Source: Candidatus Woesearchaeota archaeon (GTDB lineage Archaea > Nanobdellota > Nanobdellia > Pacearchaeales > GW2011-AR1). From it: 35,590 nucleotides of DNA. Made by a program: the position numbers and the translations under genes. Position 1 is the stretch's first letter, and every line of letters begins with the position of its first letter. The stretch spans positions 1-35,590 of the forward strand of contig CAZRXO010000004.1 in assembly GCA_964604105.1 (NCBI GenBank), in the 5' to 3' direction. The notes under the pieces were generated by a model. It was not told the origin of the DNA and did no database searches. It worked only from the letters and a program-made list of their open reading frames with translations. Positions 8,702 through 18,114 of this stretch are shown one piece after another.

Positions 8702-9079
8702 ATGGAAAAAAACAAACTAGAAAATCTAACATTAAAACAAGTGAAACAATTGTTTCTTTCTATGGGAAGAAATGAAGATAGTTTGCCATTCACAAAAGTA
8801 ATTGCAAGACTTCAAGATTATAATCGTAAAAAATTAGATTGTTTTAAAGAAAAGTATGGTTTTGAACTCAAACAAACTTATGAATTAGACTCCTTGGGAG
8901 TATACTCTTTATCTTTAACCTTTGGACATTCTAGTCCTTTAGATCTTGATATTGACGATCGAGAATCAAAATCTATTAAGAACTTACCAGAGATTTTTTG
9001 GGATAAGACATGTTTTTCACTACCTGTAGCGAGAGTTATAGCAGTCAATGGTTTTAGATATGATCTTATTGAAGATTAA
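8702..9079 (+). CDS. Hypothetical protein
   Basis: ORF 8612-9079. Start moved to ATG 8702 (MEKNKLE) because TTTATATA at 8673-8680 precedes it. Confidence 0.6.
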   Translation: MEKNKLENLTLKQVKQLFLSMGRNEDSLPFTKVIARLQDYNRKKLDCFKEKYGFELKQTYELDSLGVYSLSLTFGHSSPLDLDIDDRESKSIKNLPEIFWDKTCFSLPVARVIAVNGFRYDLIED

Positions 9080-9177
9080 TCTTTCATTTTTCAAATTAAT
9101 TATTCTCTCTCACGACATCGTCATCAAACTAATTCTAAAAAATAAAAAGAAAATAAAAAATAAAAATTTAGTTATGT

Positions 9178-10995
9178 TTAGTCAAAATAATAACTCAATG
9201 GATCATAAGTCATAGTTTCATGACCTGAAACAGGAAGTTTAGTTCTTAACCAATATCCTTCTCCTAAATCCACTGTTGTAGCAATATTCCAACTTGATAT
9301 TCCATCCCACTTCAAAAATCCACTTGCATACCAATCTCCATTAAGAGTTTCAAATGCAGTTGCTGGAGGCAGATTAAATGGATTTGAACCAAATCTACCA
9401 ATTAAATTCCAAGCATCAGATGCTAATTCAACAGACGGAACAGGACCCATTCCTGGAGCAAAGTTTTCTTCAATTCCATAAAGAGTATCTGCATTATCCA
9501 TCTTTATCCAATAAGCATAACCTGGAACAACAGTATCCAACTTGTAAGTTGATGAAGACCAAGTAAAACTTGTATGCCCTGAACTAGGTCTTGATTTGTA
9601 CCACCTTCCTTCATTATCATTGTATGTTGAATCATACATTAAAACAGTTGCTGTGCTTGAATCTACATAAGCAACATTCGGAAGAATATCTGCAAAAACA
9701 GCGTCGATATCTGAATCAGCAGGCACATAAGGAATAGAAATTAAATTCCATCCAGAGCCCAAGTGAACACCCCAACTATAAACAGTTACATCAAAAGAGT
9801 AATATTTATAGTCAACACCATTGCTGGCACGGATAATCACATGATTCTCTCCTCTCTGGTCATTTGTTGGAGTCCAAAGAATCTTACACTTATCTGCACC
9901 CACTGGAGTTGAAGTCATACCAACAGGTAAAACAACACCATCACAAGCAGTGATTCCAGATATAGATGTTTTAAATCTATGAACATTTCCACTAACCGCC
10001 CAAGGAGCATCCAAATCAAATTCAAATGCTTCATTAGCTACTACTTTTTGCATTGGAGTCATGTGTTCTGGATCTTCAACTTCTAAAATATGTTGAGCAA
10101 GACAAACTTCACCACCATCTTTATCTTCAAAACATAAATCAACAGTGTGTGGACTTGCAGAAGTCCAAGTATGATAAATTTCACAAGTTCCAGTTGCATC
10201 AGCTGTGCTTGTATCTACAACTTCATCAACAGTTCCTGCATCAAAAGTCCAAGTACAAAGCAAACCTGCATTCAAATCAGCAACAACATCAATTGCATTT
10301 GCATCAAAGAAAGCAGCCTGACTAGAAGCAACATCTGTTGGAGTTGTAATCCAAACAGGACACCACGGAGCAACATTCGCAACAGAAACATCAACAGAAT
10401 CTACAGCAGTATTTCCTGCTAAATCTTCAACAGTTACAACAACAGTGTAAACACCATTATCATCATATTGGTGTTGTTTTGAACTCCCACTTGCAGGACA
10501 AGAAGTCGAATGACCATCACCCCAATCAAGAGTACAAGTAACAGGATTTACATCTCCATAATTTGTTAAAATCTTAACTTTATTATTATACTCATCTGCA
10601 CCAGGATACATTGGAGTTGTTTCATGAATATCAACCCATGGAGCAGTGTTATCTATTGTAAAAGATTCTTGATCATATAACCATGAATCAAGAACAAGTC
10701 TTAAACAATAAGAACCATCAGAATAATCTGTGGTATCCCAATCATAAATTAATTCATCACTTGCTAACGGACCAGATAAATCATCCCAATCACTTGAACC
10801 ACAAGGACTCGGAGCATATTGTAAATATAATCCCGGAGCACTTGCAGTATTAGTCCATTCTATTAAATAACTATCGCCTGAAAGATATGATGGAAAAGGC
10901 GAAGGAACAAAATCCACTCCTCCAACAGCACTAACAACACCAAAAGTTCCTAACAACATAACCCCTAACATTAATGTTAACATTAATTTTTTCAT
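9178..10995 (-). CDS. Large secreted PKD/Ig-like domain protein, candidate S-layer or cell-surface protein
   Basis: Signal peptide; DWGDG...HQYDDNGVYTVVVTVED PKD motif; two GWNLIS/AWNLIG...PGYAYWI/GEGYWL repeats; acidic; strong SD and long leader. Confidence 0.8.
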   Translation of the reverse strand: MKKLMLTLMLGVMLLGTFGVVSAVGGVDFVPSPFPSYLSGDSYLIEWTNTASAPGLYLQYAPSPCGSSDWDDLSGPLASDELIYDWDTTDYSDGSYCLRLVLDSWLYDQESFTIDNTAPWVDIHETTPMYPGADEYNNKVKILTNYGDVNPVTCTLDWGDGHSTSCPASGSSKQHQYDDNGVYTVVVTVEDLAGNTAVDSVDVSVANVAPWCPVWITTPTDVASSQAAFFDANAIDVVADLNAGLLCTWTFDAGTVDEVVDTSTADATGTCEIYHTWTSASPHTVDLCFEDKDGGEVCLAQHILEVEDPEHMTPMQKVVANEAFEFDLDAPWAVSGNVHRFKTSISGITACDGVVLPVGMTSTPVGADKCKILWTPTNDQRGENHVIIRASNGVDYKYYSFDVTVYSWGVHLGSGWNLISIPYVPADSDIDAVFADILPNVAYVDSSTATVLMYDSTYNDNEGRWYKSRPSSGHTSFTWSSSTYKLDTVVPGYAYWIKMDNADTLYGIEENFAPGMGPVPSVELASDAWNLIGRFGSNPFNLPPATAFETLNGDWYASGFLKWDGISSWNIATTVDLGEGYWLRTKLPVSGHETMTYDPLSYYFD

Positions 10996-11002
10996 AATTT
11001 TT

Positions 11003-11053
11003 TATAACCTCCTTTCAACTCTAATAACCTTTCTGTATCAAAAAGGGTTATAC
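11003..11053 (-). promoter_or_regulatory. 5' leader with Shine-Dalgarno (GAAAGGAGGT) and hairpin
   Basis: Plus-strand ACCTCCTTTC about 11 nt from the start; TAACCTTT...AAAGGGTTA stem upstream. Confidence 0.6.
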
Positions 11054-11140
11054 TGAAATTGTTATACGTATAACTATTAACTTGTGAATAAGAAAAGTGC
11101 ACACCAGTTTTTAACACCATAGAAATTTTAATTGTAATTT

Positions 11141-11164
11141 CTTTATAAGGATTATTGTCGTCGA
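11141..11164 (-). promoter_or_regulatory. TATA box with upstream TCGACGACAATAAT motif
   Basis: Minus strand TCGACGACAATAATCCTTATAAAG; the 14-mer and its spacing match 8021-8044. Confidence 0.65.
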
Positions 11165-11227
11165 GAAAACATATTTTTTGTTACGACTATATTTCAATAC
11201 TACCTAAAAAAATAAAAAAAACCAAGT

Positions 11228-12031
11228 TCAATAACTCCCCCACAAAACCAGCTTTCCCTCGCTATCTCGCAAAAATAAAGTGTCGCCAGTATCAGTCCAA
11301 ACATAATCGCTCCGCACCCAACATAAAATATTTTCGTCATTCGTGCAATTCTCACCGACCACCACACCAACTTCTTTTCTACTTCCCAAAACAAAATTCT
11401 CAAACAAAAACTTTTTCCTACCTTCATCTTTTATTTCCCAAGCATTTAAATCACAATCAAAATCACAAACATTTTCAAAAACAACAAAATCATTTGCAGA
11501 ATTAAATTCTTTTAACTTAATACAATCCACACAAACATCCTCAGACTTTTCACACAAATTAATATTTTTTTCAACACAATTTTCCCACCCCCTCCTAAAT
11601 TCATTATAATATTCGTCCTTCCCCGACGGGAAATAATAATTTGCAAAACCCTCTTCAACAAGTTTTAAATTCACATTTTGCACCCCGATAAAAACATAAA
11701 CTAATTCTCTTCCATATTTATCTTGTTTTTCTTTTCCATATTTTATCCCAACATCTCTGTTCAAAACCAAATCTTCCAAGAACTCCTGCGCTTCAGAATA
11801 ATATTTTTCACCTCGTTCAGGAGAATTAATTCCCAACAACCGATAACTTGTCTCATTCACAACAATAGTATCACCGTCAATAACTCTATCAATTTTAACA
11901 ACTTCATAATCAACTAATTTTTCCAAAAGAAATTTATCGAGAAAACTATAATTCAACCAAATAAATATTATAATAAAGAAAATCAATAGTAAAATATTTT
12001 TTTGTTTCTCTTGCATGATATAATATAGCAT
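11228..12031 (-). CDS. Membrane-anchored thermonuclease (SNase) with C-terminal lamin-tail-like domain
   Basis: RVIDGDTI...RLLGINSPE...DKYGREL.YV...LVEEGFA; C-terminal VWTDTGDTLFLRDSEGKLV. The true start may be ATG 12016. Confidence 0.9.
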   Translation of the reverse strand: MLYYIMQEKQKNILLLIFFIIIFIWLNYSFLDKFLLEKLVDYEVVKIDRVIDGDTIVVNETSYRLLGINSPERGEKYYSEAQEFLEDLVLNRDVGIKYGKEKQDKYGRELVYVFIGVQNVNLKLVEEGFANYYFPSGKDEYYNEFRRGWENCVEKNINLCEKSEDVCVDCIKLKEFNSANDFVVFENVCDFDCDLNAWEIKDEGRKKFLFENFVLGSRKEVGVVVGENCTNDENILCWVRSDYVWTDTGDTLFLRDSEGKLVLWGSY

Positions 12032-12055
12032 AGAGGATTAATAAAAATTATTGTG

Positions 12056-13504
12056 CTAATAGGATTTCCCCACATAAACAAAATAATCCGCTGAATTCTT
12101 GCACCAAATACAGTTCTTTCCTTTTACAAAAGATTGTTTCTCAGGAATATTCAAAGTCTTAGCCCCACCAGTTGCATCTTTAACACAATCTTCACATTCA
12201 ACACTTTTACACATTGGAACCAATGCAATTTTTTTATCACTAATTACTTTTTGCAATTCCTTCATATCATTTGCATTGGTTATCGAGGACTTCAAAAGTT
12301 TCTCTGCATTATTATAAAGTTCATTTTGAATTTCATCAAGAAATTTTGGAATTTCCTTTTTCAAAGCAGAAATTTTAACCTCTTGTTTTTTTCCAGTTCT
12401 CTTTGTTACAACAACTTGCTTTTTTTCTAAATCCCGAGGACCAATTTCAATTCTAATTGGAATACCTTTCAACTCCCATTCATTAAATTTCCAACCCGGA
12501 GAATAATCCTCTCTATCATCAATAAAAGCCCCAAATCTCGCAAGACTTTTTTTAATCTCTTTTGCTTTTGCTAAAACTTTTTTTTCTTTTCCTTTAAACA
12601 ATAATGGAACAATTACAATTTTTTGACTACACATTCGAGGAGGCAAGACCAAACCATTGTCATCAGAATGAATTGCAAACATCACCCCAAGCATTCTTGT
12701 TGTTATTGCATAAGTTGATTGATAAGCAAATTCTTCTTTTCCTTTTTTATCAATAAATTTAATATCATATGCTTTTGCAAAATTCTGTCCATCGTCGTGA
12801 TAATCTGGCCCTTGAATTGCTTTTCCATTTGGCAACATTAATTCAAATGAATAAGTTGCAACAGCACCTGCAAATTTTTCCTTATCTGTTTTTCTACCTA
12901 ACAGCGAAGGCAAAGCCATATAATCTTTCATAAAATCAAAGTAAATTTTTGTAATTCTCTCTTTATCTTTTTCTAAATCTTTTTTATTTGAATAAACATG
13001 GTGTCCTTCATTCCATAAAAATTCTCGAGTTCTCAAAAATGGGACAGGATGTTTAAATTCCCATCTAACAACATTATTCCATTGGTTCAACCTCAACGGC
13101 AAATCTCTCCAGCTTCGAATCCACTTTGAATAAGAATCATACATAATTGCTTCACTAGTCGGTCTAACAGCCAACCTTTCATTTAATTTTGTATTCCCTG
13201 CATGAGTTACCCACGCAACTTCTGGAGTAAATCCCTTAACATGGTCTTGCTCTCGCGATAAAAGCGATTCAGGAATAAACAAAGGAAAATAACAATTCTG
13301 AACTGCAATTTTTTTAAATTGTTTATCAATAACACTAACAAGCTTTTCCCAAATAGAATATGCTCGCGGCCTAAACACAATCGCACCCGACACAGAACTA
13401 TAGTCTGCCAACTCAGATTTCAAAATAAGTTGAGTATACCATTCTGAAAAATTCTCACCTTTCTTAACAGTCAAACCTTCTTTTGATTGTTTCTTTTTTG
13501 TCAT
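12056..13504 (-). CDS. proS: Proline--tRNA ligase (archaeal/eukaryotic type)
   Basis: FSEWY, RPTSE, VRWEFKHPVPFLRTREFLWNEGH, EKFAGA, GQNFAKAYDI, C-terminal GKSY. Confidence 0.98.
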   Translation of the reverse strand: MTKKKQSKEGLTVKKGENFSEWYTQLILKSELADYSSVSGAIVFRPRAYSIWEKLVSVIDKQFKKIAVQNCYFPLFIPESLLSREQDHVKGFTPEVAWVTHAGNTKLNERLAVRPTSEAIMYDSYSKWIRSWRDLPLRLNQWNNVVRWEFKHPVPFLRTREFLWNEGHHVYSNKKDLEKDKERITKIYFDFMKDYMALPSLLGRKTDKEKFAGAVATYSFELMLPNGKAIQGPDYHDDGQNFAKAYDIKFIDKKGKEEFAYQSTYAITTRMLGVMFAIHSDDNGLVLPPRMCSQKIVIVPLLFKGKEKKVLAKAKEIKKSLARFGAFIDDREDYSPGWKFNEWELKGIPIRIEIGPRDLEKKQVVVTKRTGKKQEVKISALKKEIPKFLDEIQNELYNNAEKLLKSSITNANDMKELQKVISDKKIALVPMCKSVECEDCVKDATGGAKTLNIPEKQSFVKGKNCIWCKNSADYFVYVGKSY

Positions 13505-13527
13505 ATTATTTTATATTATTTTAATTA

Positions 13528-14001
13528 TTAAATCTTTTGAATTTTATCTCTAAGCTCTTCAACTTTATTTAAAGTCAATTTATCTAAAACTTCTTTTATA
13601 GAAAGTAAAAAATCCGCCAATTGTTCAAAATTAATATTAACTTGTTTATTTTTCAAGTAATATTGATTATCTATTCTTAATTCCTTATCTTTCTCTAAAA
13701 TATCAGAAACCCCTTTATTAAAAATTCCTTCAGATTCTAAAAATTTAATTAAACTAATTGTGCAGTCATGAATTTCACATTTAATTCCTAATTTCATTAA
13801 CACAGAATAAATTGCAAAATATTCAATATAATATTTTGTTGTCGCCAACCACCTATTTGATTTAGTCTGGCTTATAGTTCTCAAAACCCTCAAACTCTCT
13901 TCAGCATTTTGAAAATATTCTTGACTAAGATTATCATTCGGGAAATCAAATTTAATTCCACTTTTTTGTTTTTTACACCAACTTATTTTTTTCATATTCA
14001 T
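13528..14001 (-). CDS. HEPN domain protein
   Basis: AEESL...KYYIEYFA...GIKCEIHDCT...LRIDNQYY; overlaps the nucleotidyltransferase gene. Confidence 0.85.
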   Translation of the reverse strand: MNMKKISWCKKQKSGIKFDFPNDNLSQEYFQNAEESLRVLRTISQTKSNRWLATTKYYIEYFAIYSVLMKLGIKCEIHDCTISLIKFLESEGIFNKGVSDILEKDKELRIDNQYYLKNKQVNINFEQLADFLLSIKEVLDKLTLNKVEELRDKIQKI

Positions 14002-14563
14002 TTATAAAAAAATTTACAACTTTACTTGTGTTATTTAAAATAATATGTTTTTTGTAAATCTCTTTCACCAAAGTTAAAGTAAGCTTATTAAAAGAAACAA
14101 TTTGAACTTTATGAATTCTTTTATTATAAACTTCCCCAAATTCTTTAATAATTTTATTAATATTCTGCTTTCCAACAACTAATAAATCAATATCAGAAGA
14201 TTTCTTAACATCAACAACAACAGAACCAAAAATCACAAAAGTATTCTCGTTAAAACAAACTGAAAGCTTTTCAAATAAAACATCTAACAATTTATTCTCC
14301 TTCAATTTTCTAAATAGTTTCTCCTTCTCTGCAATCACAAGATATTCTATTAATTTTCTACTATTCAAATTCAAAAAATAATCAATTATATTAACTCGTT
14401 TTTCCTTTAATAAAATCCCCTCACTGACTAATGCTTCAACATAAGATTTTATTGACTGATGAGGTTTTCCTAAAGCTAAAGCTATTTCTCGGAGATAATA
14501 TCTTTTAGAATAATCATTCAAAAATAATTCAAGTATTGAATACTTGGTAATTTTTTCTACCAT
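13973..14563 (-). CDS. wHTH-fused minimal nucleotidyltransferase (MNT)
   Basis: N-terminal YLREIALALG HTH; IFGSV-x8-DIDLLVVG. Confidence 0.88.
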   Translation of the reverse strand: MVEKITKYSILELFLNDYSKRYYLREIALALGKPHQSIKSYVEALVSEGILLKEKRVNIIDYFLNLNSRKLIEYLVIAEKEKLFRKLKENKLLDVLFEKLSVCFNENTFVIFGSVVVDVKKSSDIDLLVVGKQNINKIIKEFGEVYNKRIHKVQIVSFNKLTLTLVKEIYKKHIILNNTSKVVNFFINEYEKNKLV

Positions 14564-14604
14564 TTGGTAAATTAAGTTACTTGAGGTTTATAAAAGTTTT
14601 GTGG

Positions 14605-15321
14605 CTAAGGCTTGGCAGTTTTCCAAAGTAAATCAAAATATTCTTCTTGAGTTTTTGAAATATCTTTACTCTCAATCTTAATTGCAAAATAAGGTTCTTG
14701 CCAAATAAAAAATATTACTTTGTCTGAATAAATAAGTGTGGTAACTGGCGGGATTAATTTTTTATTCAAATATCTGTATTCTCCATTTTTAAGTTTTGTA
14801 AACTTCGCCCCTTCTTCAACAAGAGCTTTTTCTTTAGTCTTTAGTTCATTCATTCTCAAAACTCCTTGATCTGCTAAATATTCTAAAACATCTTCATATT
14901 CTTGCCTTATACCAATGGTTTTATAATTTTTATTTTCATTAATGAAATCTTTAATAACATTTTTCATTCCCTCAATCCCAGAAAATAATTCGCAGGAGAC
15001 CTTTATCTGATCCTTTTTTTCAAGTTTTTTAATTTCTGGGAAAATAGACTCAAGAGAAGAATATTTTTCTTTAAAATAAATTAATAATTTTTCTGGAGAG
15101 ATTGCAAAAAAATGCTTTGCCTTATTCTCTACAAAGAAGGATATAAATCCTCTTTGAATCATCTTCTCAAGGAGATCATAAATAGTAGTCCGATCAATTT
15201 TAGTATCTTTCGAAATCTTCAGAGCAGTTGAACCATTATTCTTAATTAAAGATAGATAGATTTTAATTTCTCTTTCCTCAAATCCTAAATCTAAGAGAAT
15301 ATTCTTTATTTTAATCTCCAT
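14605..15321 (-). CDS. TrmB family transcriptional regulator
   Basis: LGFEEREIKIYLSL...IDRTTIYDLL...AISPEKL...GIEGMK...YFDLLWK. Confidence 0.92.
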   Translation of the reverse strand: MEIKIKNILLDLGFEEREIKIYLSLIKNNGSTALKISKDTKIDRTTIYDLLEKMIQRGFISFFVENKAKHFFAISPEKLLIYFKEKYSSLESIFPEIKKLEKKDQIKVSCELFSGIEGMKNVIKDFINENKNYKTIGIRQEYEDVLEYLADQGVLRMNELKTKEKALVEEGAKFTKLKNGEYRYLNKKLIPPVTTLIYSDKVIFFIWQEPYFAIKIESKDISKTQEEYFDLLWKTAKP

Positions 15322-15351
15322 AATGAGAATTATAGATTAACCTATTTAAAT

Positions 15352-15370
15352 GTTGTGGAAATCCTACAAC
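15352..15370. promoter_or_regulatory. Imperfect palindrome, candidate TrmB operator between divergent TATA boxes
   Basis: GTTGTGGAAATCCTACAAC flanked by TTTAAA and TTTATAA. Confidence 0.55.
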
Positions 15371-15404
15371 TAATGTTTATAATTTAACTTAGGGATTAAA
15401 TTTT

Positions 15405-15836
15405 ATGGAATATGAAGATGTAAGACCCAAAGATATGCTAATTGTAAGAGAATTAATAGATGGAATGCCCCGAGGAAGAGCAGTAGTTATTGGGACACCA
15501 ACCCCTGATATTTACAGAGAAGATATTCCTTTTGTAAGAAGCTTATGGATCCCCGCAGGACAGCTTTGCTTTAAAGAAACTTACGATGGAGAATCTAGAA
15601 AATATAGAAGAGGAACATTTTGTTCAATATTAAATCCTAAATTTTGGGAACAAGGAGCAAAAGAAGATTATGCTCCTTATAATTTCAATCCAAAATTAAG
15701 TAAAGAACTTTTAGAAAGAGCGAAAAAAGAACTAGCACCAAAAAATAGGATGAGAATTAAAATGATTGGGCTACACGGAAAACTGAATTTAGAAGAAGTA
15801 TATCAAACTATTAAAAAATTACTCAAGGAGCCATAA
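15405..15836 (+). CDS. Hypothetical protein
   Basis: 143-aa ORF following a TATA box; ends 1 nt before the symporter start. Confidence 0.75.
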   Translation: MEYEDVRPKDMLIVRELIDGMPRGRAVVIGTPTPDIYREDIPFVRSLWIPAGQLCFKETYDGESRKYRRGTFCSILNPKFWEQGAKEDYAPYNFNPKLSKELLERAKKELAPKNRMRIKMIGLHGKLNLEEVYQTIKKLLKEP

Positions 15837-15837
15837 A

Positions 15838-17226
15838 ATGATCTTTGATAAAATATCTTTATTTAATACCTTAATTATAATTACTTATTTGTTAATCTGT
15901 CTTCTTATAGGATTTATTTCATTCAGAAAAAAATCAGAAGATAGTTTTCTAATTGCAGATAGAAAAGTCAAAACTTTACCCTTGGTTGCAACGCTGTGCG
16001 CAGGATTTATTGGCGGAGGAGAGTTAGTAACATTTACTGCTCTTGCATTTGAATATGGAATCTCTTCGATTTGGATGTTTGTCGGAGCTTCAATTGGATT
16101 ACTTATCTTCCCTTTTGTAATAGGAAAAAAATTAAAACCCTTAGCAGATGAAAAAGAATTTCATACCCTTTCTGATTATCTCTACCACAAATTTGGAAAA
16201 AGAAGTGGCGTTATAAGTGCGATAATAGTTTTTGTTATGTATATGGCTCTCTTACTTGTTCAGTTTATAGCAGGTGGAAAAATATTATCAGCAATATCTG
16301 GTTGGCATTATTCCTATTCTATTTTGATTATGGGAACAATTATCTTACTTTACTTAATGCTTGGTGGATTTAGTTCAGTTGTCAAAACAGATGTTTTCCA
16401 ATTTTTTGTTATGGTTACCTTAGCTTTTGTCTTAATATTTTCGTTCACAAAACCTATTTCAATAACTCCTGAACAATTTAATCTGTTTTCCGTCGGGATT
16501 ACTCAAATCATAGGATTTATTTTAATTGGCCTTTTTATTCTATTAATCTCTGCAGAAATCTGGCAAAGAGCATATGCTTCTGCTTCAAAAAGAACATTCA
16601 AAAGAGGATTCATTATAGCAGGATTTGTGTTATTAACTATAGGAATAACTATCAGCATCATTGGAATAGTTACAAAAAATAATTTTCCAACAATTGAATC
16701 TTCTGAAGCATTATATTATGGACTTACTCACCTATTACCCTCGGGATTACTAGCATTTGCATTAATCTTTATTTTTGCATCAATAATGTCTAGCGCAGAT
16801 ACTTTTACTTTTATTACCTCAATGAACATCTCAAAAGATTTCATTTCACATCGTAGAAAAATTACAAAAGAAAAATTAATTAAACTAACAAGAATATCAA
16901 TCTTTGCATTAATTCTTTTTTCTATTATTGTTGCAATATTCATTCAAAATATAATTGATGTTGTCTTTGCAGTTGTTGCAATTGGACTAGCCTTAAGTCC
17001 CGCACTTGTAGGTTCTTTTATCTGGGAGCTAAAAGAAAAAGCAGTATTTTATAGTATTTTATTTGGATTTTTATCTGCAATTATTTTAGTCGCTGTAGGT
17101 TATATCACTCCTGAAACTTCCATAATAACATTGCCTGTATCTTTAATAGTCTTAATTTTAGGGCAGATATTTTTCAAGAAAGAAACATATCAAATCAATT
17201 CCCCTTCTTTTCCACTTGCAGTATAA
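15838..17226 (+). CDS. Sodium:solute symporter family protein
   Basis: About 13 TM; FLIADR, TLSDYLYHKFG, GGFSSVVKTDVFQ, WQRAYAS, ASIMSSADT. Confidence 0.95.
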   Translation: MIFDKISLFNTLIIITYLLICLLIGFISFRKKSEDSFLIADRKVKTLPLVATLCAGFIGGGELVTFTALAFEYGISSIWMFVGASIGLLIFPFVIGKKLKPLADEKEFHTLSDYLYHKFGKRSGVISAIIVFVMYMALLLVQFIAGGKILSAISGWHYSYSILIMGTIILLYLMLGGFSSVVKTDVFQFFVMVTLAFVLIFSFTKPISITPEQFNLFSVGITQIIGFILIGLFILLISAEIWQRAYASASKRTFKRGFIIAGFVLLTIGITISIIGIVTKNNFPTIESSEALYYGLTHLLPSGLLAFALIFIFASIMSSADTFTFITSMNISKDFISHRRKITKEKLIKLTRISIFALILFSIIVAIFIQNIIDVVFAVVAIGLALSPALVGSFIWELKEKAVFYSILFGFLSAIILVAVGYITPETSIITLPVSLIVLILGQIFFKKETYQINSPSFPLAV

Positions 17227-18053
17227 ATTCCATTCACAGCATCAACAACATAATTTGATTCTAAAGCAAAACCTAAACTTTCTCCGCCACCAACTTTAAA
17301 ATTATTTAACCCAATTACTTTTCCACTTTTATCAATCAATGGCCCCCCAGAATTTCCTGGATTCAGCGCAGCATCGGTTTGTATATATGCTTCAATTTCA
17401 TTTAACCCTGGCCGATTCACCGCAGAAATAATTCCTTCTGTAACAGAAAACTGCAAACCCAAAGGATTACCAATTGCAATCACTTTCTCACCAATAGAAA
17501 TATCATTTGAATCCCCAAAATCCAAGGCAGGAAAATCCCCCTCGATTTTCAATAAAGCAACATCCATTTGAGAATTTTTTCCAACAAGAGAAACAGAATG
17601 TGAATCTCCCTCGTAAGTTAAAATCGCTGCAGCCTTCGCACCATCCATAACATGCGCATTTGTAACAACATAACCCTCACTGTCGATAATAAAACCTGTC
17701 CCTTGCGAAACATCTGTTCGAATTGTCACAACAGCCCGAATCGCATCTTCAATTACCCCAGAAAAATCCGCAGAAGTTTCAGCCTTCAACAAATCAAATT
17801 CCTCGTCGATAGTTCCAAGTTGCGCACCCAAATCTTTTAATTCATCTTGACTCTCCAGCAAACCAGTCGTTAATTCGTTTAATTTTATTTGCGTGTCGGT
17901 TTGCAAAACAGAAATTTGATTACTCAATTGTTGATGATTAATTTCCATTCGCACAAAAAGTGTATAAGTCAAAATAGAACTCACCACAATAAAAATTACC
18001 AGAATAGAACTTACTCCTCCAATCAAAACTTTATGGTGTCTTTTTAATGGCAT
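17190..18053 (-). CDS. Trypsin-like (HtrA/S1C) serine protease; N-terminal TM and coiled coil, no PDZ
   Basis: GTGFII, TNAHV, DVALLKI, IQTDAALNPGNSGGPL. Confidence 0.95.
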   Translation of the reverse strand: MPLKRHHKVLIGGVSSILVIFIVVSSILTYTLFVRMEINHQQLSNQISVLQTDTQIKLNELTTGLLESQDELKDLGAQLGTIDEEFDLLKAETSADFSGVIEDAIRAVVTIRTDVSQGTGFIIDSEGYVVTNAHVMDGAKAAAILTYEGDSHSVSLVGKNSQMDVALLKIEGDFPALDFGDSNDISIGEKVIAIGNPLGLQFSVTEGIISAVNRPGLNEIEAYIQTDAALNPGNSGGPLIDKSGKVIGLNNFKVGGGESLGFALESNYVVDAVNGIYTASGKEGELI

Positions 18054-18114
18054 TTTATCACCTTTAATAAATTAAAACCCCAACATATAAAAATCTATCT
18101 CTCTTAATTGTTAA

